Part shown: piece after piece, positions 47,763-57,151 of the stretch | How positions within the stretch are numbered: position 1 is the stretch's first letter | Layout: each line of letters starts with the position of its first letter | From: a virus | Length of the DNA stretch: 64,000 bases | IMG/VR virus record: IMGVR_UViG_3300027741_000029 | Span: 1 to 64,000 of that record | Strand: one strand, 5' to 3' | Notes under the pieces: model-generated | Told to the model about the DNA's origin: nothing | Databases searched by the model: none | What the model saw: the letters and a program-made list of their open reading frames with translations, nothing else | Program-made: the position numbers and the translations under genes

Positions 47763-48734
47763 ATGAGTGATATGCGTTCTTTAATTGAAAAACTTACTGC
47801 CATTAGTGAAGACCGTCCAACAATCGGTGATGGTGTATATTTGGAGTTTGGCAACATTCTACAAGTAGATACTGAGATTATGGAAATGAGTGAAGACAGT
47901 ATTACAATACTTGGTGATGAAAAATTATTTAAAGTTCTTGAAAGTTTAAATGAAATTGAAAGTCGTCCAGTTCGTAAAATTACAGAAAATGCACAGACAG
48001 TAAGAGATGCACTAATAAAAGGATTTAATACAAAACAATTCTCTGGTGATCGTTCTGCCGCAGTACATATTATGGATATTAAACCAGATGGAACTATTGT
48101 GGTAGATCGTCGAGAAAGTATTCAAGATGTACGCTACATGTTAATGAAAGGTGGTTTACCTGGTGTAAAAGTTGTTGCAGCAGTAGAAAAGTGGAATCAA
48201 CCAACACCACCTGAGCAAAAACCATCAATTGTTCAACAAGTGTTAAAAGCAATAGGTATTGGCGAAAGCGTAACAGAAGGTGAAGTAGTTTCCTTACAAG
48301 ATAATCACCAAACACTAAAACGTTTGGCAAAGATGTGGTGGCACGGTGATGAAGGCAAGCATGCACAAGCTGTAAAAATGTTGGGCAATATGGGTTGGGA
48401 TATTGCAGAAGATGATGATGATATTGTTCTTAATAAAGATGGTAAGGAAATTCGCTTCTTTATGGATGATTTATATGAATCAATCGTAGCAGAAGCAGAA
48501 TATCATGGTCGTAAAGTTCAATTGAATAAACCCCATAGAGGGGATGTTAAAAAATTTGCTGTCTTCGTTAAAGACCCTAAAACAGGCAATGTAAAAAAGG
48601 TAAACTTCGGAGACCCAAATATGAGGATTAAAAAGTCAAATCCAAAACGCCGTAAGAGTTTCCGTGCTAGACACCACTGTGAGAATCCAGGTCCACGCAC
48701 AAAGGCAAGATATTGGTCTTGCCGTAAGTGGTGA
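47763..48734 (+). CDS. modular protein ending in a basic Cys module
   Basis: MSDMRSLIEKLTAISE; IVAE-AEYHGRKV...KARYWSCRKW. Confidence 0.8.
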   Translation: MSDMRSLIEKLTAISEDRPTIGDGVYLEFGNILQVDTEIMEMSEDSITILGDEKLFKVLESLNEIESRPVRKITENAQTVRDALIKGFNTKQFSGDRSAAVHIMDIKPDGTIVVDRRESIQDVRYMLMKGGLPGVKVVAAVEKWNQPTPPEQKPSIVQQVLKAIGIGESVTEGEVVSLQDNHQTLKRLAKMWWHGDEGKHAQAVKMLGNMGWDIAEDDDDIVLNKDGKEIRFFMDDLYESIVAEAEYHGRKVQLNKPHRGDVKKFAVFVKDPKTGNVKKVNFGDPNMRIKKSNPKRRKSFRARHHCENPGPRTKARYWSCRKW

Positions 48735-48739
48735 TTTGA

Positions 48740-49372
48740 ATGTTATTAACAGAATTATTTGACCTTGATGAAGCCGCTGGTGTAGGTTTAGTTCGATTTA
48801 CTGGTAATACAATATTTGAAAGATTTGAACAGCATAAGAAAGATGCTTTGAAAATTCGTGACAATAGAAAATTTTATAATGCTATAAACAAGCATGGAGT
48901 TGATGTATGGAATATAGAATTATTAGAATCGGTTGAATCCGCAGAAATTGCCAAACAAAAAGAAATAGAATTTATAGAAAAATTTGATACCTATTATAAT
49001 GGATATAATTCTACAAAAGGTGGCGATGGCAATAATGGCATAATTATGTCAGAAGAGTCAAATGCAAAAAGAAGTAAAGCATTAAAAGGTATTGCTAAAA
49101 ATTATACAAGAATGCATGGTAAAATTCATTCAGAAGAATCTAAAAAGAAAATATCTGAATCACATAAGGGTAAGAAAAAACCTTGGGTAAAATGGGAAAA
49201 ATCTATTATAGAGAAACGGGCGATGACTCGTCGTGGCTTAACAAAGGAACAATTTGATTCCATCCATTTGTTAAAAAATGAAGGTTTAACAGCAAGAGAA
49301 ATATCAACCAACCTAAATTTATCACGGGATATGGTTAAAAAATGGTCCCTTAAAGAATGGGACTTCATGTAA
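48740..49372 (+). mobile_element. free-standing GIY-YIG/NUMOD3-type homing endonuclease gene with a borrowed N-terminus
   Basis: ERFEQH, KQKEIEFI, GYNSTKGG, MHGKIHSEESKKKISESHKG; GIY and YIG motifs absent. Confidence 0.8.
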
Positions 49373-49426
49373 TGTTATTAACTGAATTATTTGACCTTGA
49401 TGAAGCCGCTGGTGTAGGTGTAGTTC
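48740..49426 (+). repeat. 55-bp direct repeat (48740-48794 and 49372-49426, 2 mismatches)
   Basis: atgttattaac(a/t)gaattatttgaccttgatgaagccgctggtgtaggt(t/g)tagttc. Confidence 0.95.
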
Positions 49427-49581
49427 CTCCTACTAAGAAGGCTGCAAAAGACCCTCGTTATGCTAATGCGCTGACAGTTGATATTCATCCAGGCGAAACA
49501 CAAAAGCAAGCAGCAAAATTTGGCAATAAGACCGATAAAATTGGTCGCCCACCTATTATGAGTCCAAGTGGTAAGGTTTAA
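49372..49581 (+). CDS. small protein with E-terminated leader
   Basis: MLLTELFDLDE-AAGVGVVPP; TAATG coupling. Confidence 0.8.
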   Translation: MLLTELFDLDEAAGVGVVPPTKKAAKDPRYANALTVDIHPGETQKQAAKFGNKTDKIGRPPIMSPSGKV

Positions 49582-50672
49582 TGACTCAATTTACTGATAC
49601 ATTCTGTCGGCGTGCATTTACAGATTTAGTATTTGATTCTGGCATAATTAAACCTTGTTGTTATTTTTTATCAAATTTTACTAAAAAATTTCAAGATATT
49701 GAATCATCAAATCTGCAAGTTAGACAATATATCAAAGATAATAAATGGCACCCAGGCTGTGATAACTGTAAAAAAACCGAAAAAGACGGCAATAAAAAAA
49801 GTCATAGGTTGAATCACAAATATGATGATTTTGATTATGAATTATTTTATGAGAATAAATTTTCATTAAAAAATTTAGAGATTAGAGTTGACAATAATTG
49901 CAATATTGCTTGCATTACTTGTTTTAGTGATAGTAGTTCTCGTTGGTCTGCTGAATTAAAAAGAATGGGCGAACATGACCCATGTAAAAATAAAGTAAAC
50001 ACTGATATAGACAAACTTTTGACTTATGAAATTTGGAAAAATGTCGAAAAACTTACGATATATGGTGGTGAACCAATGTATAGTAAAAAAGTAGAAAAAA
50101 TACTATCATGGGCTGTAGAAAATAATTTAAGTGAAAAGATTGATGTACATTTTTTCAGCAATGGTACTATTATAAACAAAAATATTATTGATAAATTTGA
50201 AAGATTCAAATCAATTAATATTGGTTTTAGTATTGACGGAACATTTGACAGATACCATATTATAAGATGGCCAGCCAATTGGAATGAAACATTGGAAAAT
50301 TTTAATAAATTAAAATTAATGCCAAATGTTAATCTGTATATTATCTACACCTATAGTGTATTAAATGCTTACAATACCAAAGAAGATTTAGAAATTTTAA
50401 ATGAGTATTTTAATTGTCCTATTGTTCCTAATTTATTAATAAATCCATCATATTATGCCGCAAGAAATTTGCCAGAATCAATAAAGGAAAAATTAATAGA
50501 TCACTTAATTACGGTTCCTGAATTTTCATATCTCATAGCTGAATTACAACAACCAAGCAATGAGAAAGAATTAAAACAAGCTATCGAACGTGTTAAAAAA
50601 TTAGATAATTTTAGAAATACTGATAGTAGTATACTATTTGCATCAGAAGTATGGTCAATAGCCGATAAATAA
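49581..50672 (+). CDS. radical SAM protein with N-terminal SPASM/twitch-like Cys cluster
   Basis: CNIACITC, YGGEPM, SIDG; IKPCC...GCDNC. Confidence 0.85.
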   Translation: MTQFTDTFCRRAFTDLVFDSGIIKPCCYFLSNFTKKFQDIESSNLQVRQYIKDNKWHPGCDNCKKTEKDGNKKSHRLNHKYDDFDYELFYENKFSLKNLEIRVDNNCNIACITCFSDSSSRWSAELKRMGEHDPCKNKVNTDIDKLLTYEIWKNVEKLTIYGGEPMYSKKVEKILSWAVENNLSEKIDVHFFSNGTIINKNIIDKFERFKSINIGFSIDGTFDRYHIIRWPANWNETLENFNKLKLMPNVNLYIIYTYSVLNAYNTKEDLEILNEYFNCPIVPNLLINPSYYAARNLPESIKEKLIDHLITVPEFSYLIAELQQPSNEKELKQAIERVKKLDNFRNTDSSILFASEVWSIADK

Positions 50673-50676
50673 TCTT

Positions 50677-51030
50677 ATGCGTATTAAAGAAATCCTAGAA
50701 GCAGCAATGAGCACGACAATTCAAGGACGCCGCCCTATCAGTGCTGGTGCTCGTGGTCTAATGGCTGCTCGTTGGAAATATGATACCATCGTTCAGGGAA
50801 GTGATGGCAAGAACATGATAAACGCTGTTGAGCGTCTTGCAAGCACACTTGATGGCGCAGAACGCACTGACTATGATGGTATTGATAGTATGATGCAACA
50901 AATCTGCCGTGAGTTTGAAGTTGATCCAAAAGACCTTCATAATGCGTTTATTGCAAAATATAAATTGACACCCGATGCGATGGCTGCTAAAATGAAGCAT
51001 GATCGTAAAAACCGTCCAAAATCCGTCTAA
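50677..51030 (+). CDS. hypothetical protein with E-terminated leader
   Basis: MRIKEILE-AA; ATG 5 nt after TAAATA. Confidence 0.8.
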   Translation: MRIKEILEAAMSTTIQGRRPISAGARGLMAARWKYDTIVQGSDGKNMINAVERLASTLDGAERTDYDGIDSMMQQICREFEVDPKDLHNAFIAKYKLTPDAMAAKMKHDRKNRPKSV

Positions 51031-51412
51031 CACAACATTTATAACAACACCAATTGGTGCTGTTGGCGCAATTGGTTCATCTACAACATATACAATTTCT
51101 GGTGGCGGTGGCAATGGCGGCACTGGATATCTAACAAATAGCGGTTCTATGAGTTTGGCACCTACTGGAAGTCCATCAGTAACAATAACTGGTAAAGAAT
51201 TGCAAATTACACCAGTTGACAAAGGTGATGCAATTATTAGAACCAATCATAATGAAATAAATCTTGATAAATTGTATAAAACTGTTATGATGATTGCAGA
51301 TAAGATGATGATTATCGCAGATGATCCATATTTTACAGAAAAGTATCCTACTTTAAAGGATGCTTATAACCAATATCAAACCTTATTAGAACTTTATAAA
51401 AGTGATGAATAA
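50999..51412 (+). CDS. hypothetical protein with Gly/Thr-rich N-terminus
   Basis: ORF. Confidence 0.7.
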   Translation: MIVKTVQNPSNTTFITTPIGAVGAIGSSTTYTISGGGGNGGTGYLTNSGSMSLAPTGSPSVTITGKELQITPVDKGDAIIRTNHNEINLDKLYKTVMMIADKMMIIADDPYFTEKYPTLKDAYNQYQTLLELYKSDE

Positions 51413-51441
51413 AAAAAAGAGCCACCGTGAAGTGGCTCTTT
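51411..51441 (-). terminator. intrinsic terminator between convergent genes
   Basis: aaagagccac-cgtgaa-gtggctcttt with a T8 tail on the minus strand. Confidence 0.8.
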
Positions 51442-51483
51442 CGTATTAAAAAAACTTTTTAACCCAACGCAGAGCGTTGGTTA

Positions 51484-52134
51484 TTAGTTTCCCAAAAGTG
51501 AATCAACCTTTGTTTCAACAGTACCAAGACGTACTTCAATTGCATCAAGTGCTGGATCAGCAGGTGTAGCAACTGCTTCTGAAACCGCTGCAATAACTTC
51601 TGGTGCTACTTCATCAACGCCAGTTGCAGTTGCAATAATATCAGCAACTGCTGCTACTGCTGCTTCTACTGCTTCTGGAGTTGTTGGTGCTGGTGCATCT
51701 GCAACTGCTGCAGAGATAGCATCAGCGATAGCAACTGGATCAATTACAACTTCTGGGTCTGCACTAACAACTGCTGAAACAGCGGCTGCAATAATAACTG
51801 CTACTTCGCTATCAACAATAGCATCTGCTTCATGTTGATCTGCAACAACGTCAGCTACAATAGCTGCTGCTTCTGGAACATCTGCACTTGGTGAGAGAGC
51901 AACAACATCTTCAACTGCAACTGGTGCAGCGTCTGCTGGTGCTGCAACGATAGCATCAATGTGTTCTGCAGTCTTTGCAGCAATTAGGTGGTCAACTTGT
52001 GCTTCAACTACTGAAAGGCGAGCATCAAGTTCTTCTGTAGTAGTAGGCGCATCTGTATTAACTGTGGTGCCTGTTAGTGTTGCTAGTTTTGCTTCAACAG
52101 CAACTAAACGTGTGGCCAAATCGTCTAATCTCAT
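51484..52134 (-). CDS. Ala/Val/Asp-rich acidic protein (late)
   Basis: minus-strand TAAATA (52183-52188), AAAGGA SD, downstream terminator; RLxxVE motif x3. Confidence 0.8.
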   Translation of the reverse strand: MRLDDLATRLVAVEAKLATLTGTTVNTDAPTTTEELDARLSVVEAQVDHLIAAKTAEHIDAIVAAPADAAPVAVEDVVALSPSADVPEAAAIVADVVADQHEADAIVDSEVAVIIAAAVSAVVSADPEVVIDPVAIADAISAAVADAPAPTTPEAVEAAVAAVADIIATATGVDEVAPEVIAAVSEAVATPADPALDAIEVRLGTVETKVDSLLGN

Positions 52135-52228
52135 GGGTTTTTCCTTTGGGTTTGAATTTTGTGTACCACCGTGGTACGCAACTATTTAAGTGCCGATCTA
52201 TGACGTTGTTGTGACAAAACTTAATATA

Positions 52229-52257
52229 TTGACTTATTTTAATAGGTAATATATACT
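52229..52257 (+). promoter_or_regulatory. sigma70-type promoter
   Basis: TTGACT-N17-TATACT. Confidence 0.7.
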
Positions 52258-52278
52258 AAACAATGAAAGGAAATATCT

Positions 52279-52548
52279 ATGGCAACCAGAAACTTTAGTG
52301 CAGAGGAACGCACGAAACTTAAACAATTGATGAGCGAAAGTATTTCAGTAATGACTGAGGTTGAAGTACTAACAGGCGGTCTTAACGATACCATTAGTGC
52401 AATTGCAGAAGAAATGAACATCAAGCCAAATCTACTTAAGAAGGCAATCAAGATGGCACAGAAGCGTGACTTTGATAAGGCTCGTGAAGACCTTGACATC
52501 ATTGAAAGCATTCTTAACAGCACAAACAACTTGGATAGCGAACAATAA
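52279..52548 (+). CDS. dsbA: T4 DsbA/GapR-like dsDNA-binding protein
   Basis: helical 89 aa; AIAEEMNIKPNLLKKAIKMAQK; upstream of the polymerase. Confidence 0.7.
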   Translation: MATRNFSAEERTKLKQLMSESISVMTEVEVLTGGLNDTISAIAEEMNIKPNLLKKAIKMAQKRDFDKAREDLDIIESILNSTNNLDSEQ

Positions 52549-55208
52549 TGGCATATGTAGATGCACTACTTGACCGACAGAAAGAAAAAGTATTCGTTGT
52601 TGAGCGAGTAGATGGAAAACGCATCTACAGAGACTATCCTATAAATTATGTATTTTACTATGAAGACGGCAACGGGAGTTTCAAAAGTATCTATGATACT
52701 CCTGTTCGTCGTGTATCGTGTCGCAGTAGCAAGGATTTTCGCAAGGAACTTGCAATACACAGTGGTAAGAAACTATATGAGGCTGATCTTAATCAGACAT
52801 TTCGTTGTTTGGCTGAGAATTACCTTGGCAAGGACTCGCCACAGTTACAAACAGCTTTCTTCGATATTGAGACGGACTTTGATAATGTCCGTGGCTATAG
52901 CACTCCAGACGATCCATTTACTAAAATTACAGCAATCACGTTATATCTTGATTGGTTAGACCAACTTATTACGCTTACCATACCGCCAAAAACAATGAGC
53001 ATTGATGAGGCTAATCGTATTGCCGCACGATTTGATAATACTTTTATCTTTGATAGTGAACGTGAGTTACTACTAACATTTCTTGAACTTATTGATGATG
53101 CTGATGTGCTAAGTGGTTGGAACAGTGAAGGGTTTGATATTCCTTATACCGTCAACCGTGTTGCTCGTGTGCTGAGCAAGGACGACACTCGTCGCTTCTG
53201 TCTTTGGGATCAGTTTCCTAAAGAACGTGAATACGAGAAGTATGGCAAGATGAGCAAGACATTTGATTTAGTTGGACGTGTCCATTTAGATTATATGTTG
53301 TTGTATCAAAAGTACACCTATGAAGAACGCCATTCCTATAGCCTTGATGCTATTGGCGAATATGAACTAAATGAACGCAAGACCGCATATGAAGGTTCAC
53401 TTGATCAGTTGTATAACCGTGATTTTGAAACATTCATTGCATACTCTCGTCAAGACGTTGCACTTCTTAATAAACTAGATAAGAAATTGCGGTTTCTTGA
53501 CCTAGCAAACGAAATTGCGCACGATAATACTGTGTTGTTGCAGACTACAATGGGTGCTGTTGCAGTGACAGATCAGGCAATCATTAATGAAGCGCATCGT
53601 CGTGGTATGGTTGTTCCTAGCCGCCGCCCACGCAGTGAAGAGGTTAATACACAGGTTGCTGGTGCCTATGTTGCATATCCTAAAAAGGGTTTGCATGATT
53701 ATATTGGTGCTATCGATATTAACTCACTGTATCCAAGTGTCATTCGTGCACTCAACATGGGACCAGAAACTATTATTGGTCAATTACGTCCCATTATGAC
53801 TGATGCTTACCTTTCAGCCAAGATTGCCGAAGGCAAAAGCATTGCTGCTGCGTGGGAAGGTTTGTTTGCTTCGCTAGAATATACTGCTGTAATGAACCGT
53901 GATATTGGTACGGAGATTACACTAGATTGGGCAAATGGTAGCAGCGAAGTTCACAGTGCTGCTGAAATCCATGATATGATCTTTGACAACTATGCGCCAT
54001 GGGCGTTGAGTGCCAATGGAACTATCTTTAACCTAGAACATCAAGGTATTATCCCAAGTTTGCTTGAGCGTTGGTATAGTGAACGTAAAGAATTACAAGC
54101 CAAGAAGAAAGATGCCAAGGATGCAAAGGAGATTGCGTTCTGGGATAAGCGTCAGTTGGTTAAGAAAATTAACTTGAACTCGCTATATGGTGCTATTCTT
54201 AATGCAGGTTGTCGTTTCTTTGACCAACGTATTGGACAAAGCACCACGCTATGTGGTCGCACGATTGCAAAGCATATGGATGCCACTGTCAATGAACTGA
54301 TTACAGGCGAGTATGATCACGTTGGTAAGTCAATCATTTATGGTGACACTGATTCCGTATACTTCTCTGCTTGGCCAGTTATCAAGGACGATGTTGAAGC
54401 TGGTCGTATGGAATGGAACAAAGAAATTTGTATCCAACTCTATGATTCTATTGGTGAACGAGTAAACGAAACGTTTCCAAAGTTTATGTATGAAGCATTT
54501 CATACAACGCCAGAACTTGGTGCTATCATCAAGGGTGGTCGTGAATTGATTGCGTCAAAAGGATTGTTTATTACAAAGAAACGTTATGCGGTTCTTATTT
54601 TTGATCTTGAAGGCAAACGTCTTGACGTGGAAGGCAAAACGGGCAAGGTTAAGGCAATGGGGCTTGATCTTAAACGCAGCGATACCCCAAAGATTGTGCA
54701 AGATTTCTTAAGTGATATTCTAAAGAAAGTGCTAGATGGTTCGCAACGTGAACAGATTATTGAAGAAGTTCGTCAGTTCAAATACACCTTCAAAGAGTTG
54801 CCAAGTTGGGAAAAGGGAACACCAAAGCGTGTTAATAAACTTACCTATTATGGTGCACTAGAAAAGAAGCAAGGCAAGGCAAATATGCCAGGTCATGTTC
54901 GTGCGGCGATAAACTGGAACAATCTTCGCAAAATGCACAGTGATTCTCGTTCAATTGAGATCGTAGATGGCATGAAGACCATTGTATGCAAGCTGCGTGA
55001 TAATCCACTTGGATTAACTAGTATTGGTTATCCAACTGATGAGTCACGCATACCACAATGGTTTAAGGATATGCCGTTTGACCAAGACCTAATGGAAGAT
55101 ACTATCGTTACACAGAAAGTAGAAAACTTACTTGATGTGTTGGATTGGGATATCACCAATACAACTAATATTACTAATACATTTACTAGTTTGTTCGAGA
55201 TAGAATAA
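52548..55208 (+). CDS. family B DNA polymerase (T4 gp43-like)
   Basis: FDIETD, DINSLYPS, KINLNSLYG, YGDTDS. Confidence 0.97.
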   Translation: MAYVDALLDRQKEKVFVVERVDGKRIYRDYPINYVFYYEDGNGSFKSIYDTPVRRVSCRSSKDFRKELAIHSGKKLYEADLNQTFRCLAENYLGKDSPQLQTAFFDIETDFDNVRGYSTPDDPFTKITAITLYLDWLDQLITLTIPPKTMSIDEANRIAARFDNTFIFDSERELLLTFLELIDDADVLSGWNSEGFDIPYTVNRVARVLSKDDTRRFCLWDQFPKEREYEKYGKMSKTFDLVGRVHLDYMLLYQKYTYEERHSYSLDAIGEYELNERKTAYEGSLDQLYNRDFETFIAYSRQDVALLNKLDKKLRFLDLANEIAHDNTVLLQTTMGAVAVTDQAIINEAHRRGMVVPSRRPRSEEVNTQVAGAYVAYPKKGLHDYIGAIDINSLYPSVIRALNMGPETIIGQLRPIMTDAYLSAKIAEGKSIAAAWEGLFASLEYTAVMNRDIGTEITLDWANGSSEVHSAAEIHDMIFDNYAPWALSANGTIFNLEHQGIIPSLLERWYSERKELQAKKKDAKDAKEIAFWDKRQLVKKINLNSLYGAILNAGCRFFDQRIGQSTTLCGRTIAKHMDATVNELITGEYDHVGKSIIYGDTDSVYFSAWPVIKDDVEAGRMEWNKEICIQLYDSIGERVNETFPKFMYEAFHTTPELGAIIKGGRELIASKGLFITKKRYAVLIFDLEGKRLDVEGKTGKVKAMGLDLKRSDTPKIVQDFLSDILKKVLDGSQREQIIEEVRQFKYTFKELPSWEKGTPKRVNKLTYYGALEKKQGKANMPGHVRAAINWNNLRKMHSDSRSIEIVDGMKTIVCKLRDNPLGLTSIGYPTDESRIPQWFKDMPFDQDLMEDTIVTQKVENLLDVLDWDITNTTNITNTFTSLFEIE

Positions 55209-56044
55209 TGGAACTATTAGAAAGCCAACAACATATCAATAACTTAAAAGCGGCACGAAACAGCTATCGTGCCAATGCTTCTTATTATAATGAAGTAGCA
55301 AATATGTTTACTGCTCTAATAGAAAAACTTGAGAATAATATAAAAATTGACAAGACTCAGTTAAAATCCAATACACAAAATTTAAGTTTCAAATTAAAAA
55401 GTCAAGATTTAGAAAATAGAAAGAATTTTATAAACCTTAACCCATTTAATGAACATGACATACAAAATTTGTCTAGCTTGTTATCAAATCAACTGGCAAA
55501 TAATTCACCAACACTAGAGTTATTTCCTGGTAGCGGTCAATTTTTGCCGCATGTAGTAGCTGCAGAACCGCTGTATGTTGCGGATAGATATATGGATATA
55601 TGCGTCAATGCTGCAACTTCGCTAAACAATGAATTTTATGCAACTCGTAGACTTAGAAAATATGAAATATCCGATAATGATATGACTAGTTTACCCCAAA
55701 ATGCATTTGGATTAGTTTATTGTTTTAATGAATTTTTTTACGCAGACGAAAACTATATCACTGATATTTCTAAACAAGTATTTGATCTGTTATATGATGG
55801 TGGTAAATGGATTTTTAATTTTCTACCAGATGACCAAATTTGGGCGCAGCAAGCAACCATGAAAAATGATTTAAGTTCAATAGATTATGATTTTGTAATT
55901 CAGAATTTAATATTAATCGGGTTTGAACTTGTTTCATATGAGATTAAACCACTTAAAAGCAGTTACATGGTATTCAAGAAACCAGGCGATGTTGCATCAC
56001 GATTAAAAATAGGCGGTGGTGTTGCAGAAATAATTGACATCTGA
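55208..56044 (+). CDS. SAM-dependent methyltransferase-like protein (AT-rich)
   Basis: LELFPGSGQF; LYDGGKWIFNF. Confidence 0.6.
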   Translation: MELLESQQHINNLKAARNSYRANASYYNEVANMFTALIEKLENNIKIDKTQLKSNTQNLSFKLKSQDLENRKNFINLNPFNEHDIQNLSSLLSNQLANNSPTLELFPGSGQFLPHVVAAEPLYVADRYMDICVNAATSLNNEFYATRRLRKYEISDNDMTSLPQNAFGLVYCFNEFFYADENYITDISKQVFDLLYDGGKWIFNFLPDDQIWAQQATMKNDLSSIDYDFVIQNLILIGFELVSYEIKPLKSSYMVFKKPGDVASRLKIGGGVAEIIDI

Positions 56045-56062
56045 TTCAACATACAGTATAAT
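56034..56062 (+). promoter_or_regulatory. consensus sigma70 promoter
   Basis: TTGACA-N17-TATAAT. Confidence 0.85.
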
Positions 56063-56085
56063 CAAAGAAAAGGTAAGGACAAAAT

Positions 56086-56814
56086 ATGAAAGATTTTCTC
56101 ACAGATATCGTTGCGCACACACAGGCACTTGGAGTCATTGATACTATCAAGGTTACTGGTACAGATCAATCTACCGTAATTGAAAGCGTGAGCGAAGATC
56201 GTAGTGTTATTCTTAATGCTACATTTAATACAGCAAATGCCGCATTTACTGGCGTATTTGGTATGCCTAATTTGAGCAAACTTAATACTATTCTTAACAT
56301 TCCTGAATATAAAGAAAATGAAAGAATTGGTGTGGTAACACAGCCCCGCAATGGCGAAAGCGTTCCTGTTGGATTGCACTTTGAAAATGCAAGCGGCGAT
56401 TTCAAGAACGACTATCGTTTTATGACAACCGAAACTGTCAACGAGAAGTTAAAGACTGTTAAGTTCAAGGGTGCCAATTGGAATATTACCATGCAGCCAA
56501 GCGTTACTAACATTCAACGTCTTAAGTTTCAGAGCCAGGCTAACAGTGAAGAAAAGATGTTTACTGTCAAGACCGAAGGTACCGACCTAAAGTTCTACTT
56601 TGGTGACCATTCAACTCATGCTGGTAACTTTGTATTCCAAAGTGGTGTTAGCGGCAAACTTACTAAGAATTGGTCGTGGCCAGTGGGTCTATTCTTATCA
56701 ATTCTTAACCTTCATGGCGATAAGAGCATTCAGTTCAGTGATGATGGCGTAGCCAAGATTACGGTTGATAGCGGTCTTATCAAGTATGAGTATCTTCTAC
56801 CTGCAAAGGCATAA
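56086..56814 (+). CDS. sliding clamp (T4 gp45-like)
   Basis: size, FGMPNLSKL, YRFMTTE, ends YEYLLPA; replication context. Confidence 0.75.
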   Translation: MKDFLTDIVAHTQALGVIDTIKVTGTDQSTVIESVSEDRSVILNATFNTANAAFTGVFGMPNLSKLNTILNIPEYKENERIGVVTQPRNGESVPVGLHFENASGDFKNDYRFMTTETVNEKLKTVKFKGANWNITMQPSVTNIQRLKFQSQANSEEKMFTVKTEGTDLKFYFGDHSTHAGNFVFQSGVSGKLTKNWSWPVGLFLSILNLHGDKSIQFSDDGVAKITVDSGLIKYEYLLPAKA

Positions 56815-56816
56815 AA

Positions 56817-57140
56817 ATGAGCAATATTGAAGATATAACAGTTAAGCACGATGACTTTAAGGTATTTCTTTCTTGCGAATGTAGCAGTCCTGAACATACC
56901 ATTGTTGTCCAAGTTTTTGATTGGGGCGATAATTTGCCGTATAAACCAGATTTTATTGTCAACGTTCAGGCTTCAAATTACCGACCATTCTACAGGCGAG
57001 TTTGGGCAGCACTAAAGTATATTTTTGGCGCAGATTTGATATGGAATGATGTAATTGTAGATAGAAAAGATATTCCTAAACTACAAGCAGCAATTGATCA
57101 TTATAATAATTTACTTGACAAAGAAGTGAAAAACATCTAA
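56817..57140 (+). CDS. hypothetical protein
   Basis: CECSSPEH motif. Confidence 0.7.
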   Translation: MSNIEDITVKHDDFKVFLSCECSSPEHTIVVQVFDWGDNLPYKPDFIVNVQASNYRPFYRRVWAALKYIFGADLIWNDVIVDRKDIPKLQAAIDHYNNLLDKEVKNI

Positions 57141-57151
57141 TATAATAACTA

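Noticed and set aside
48740-49372. Group I intron around the endonuclease
   Set aside because: The ORF abuts the flanking genes with no room for intron core RNA; the direct repeat explains the locus.
52548-55208. Intein or intron in the DNA polymerase
   Set aside because: Normal length and contiguous motifs.
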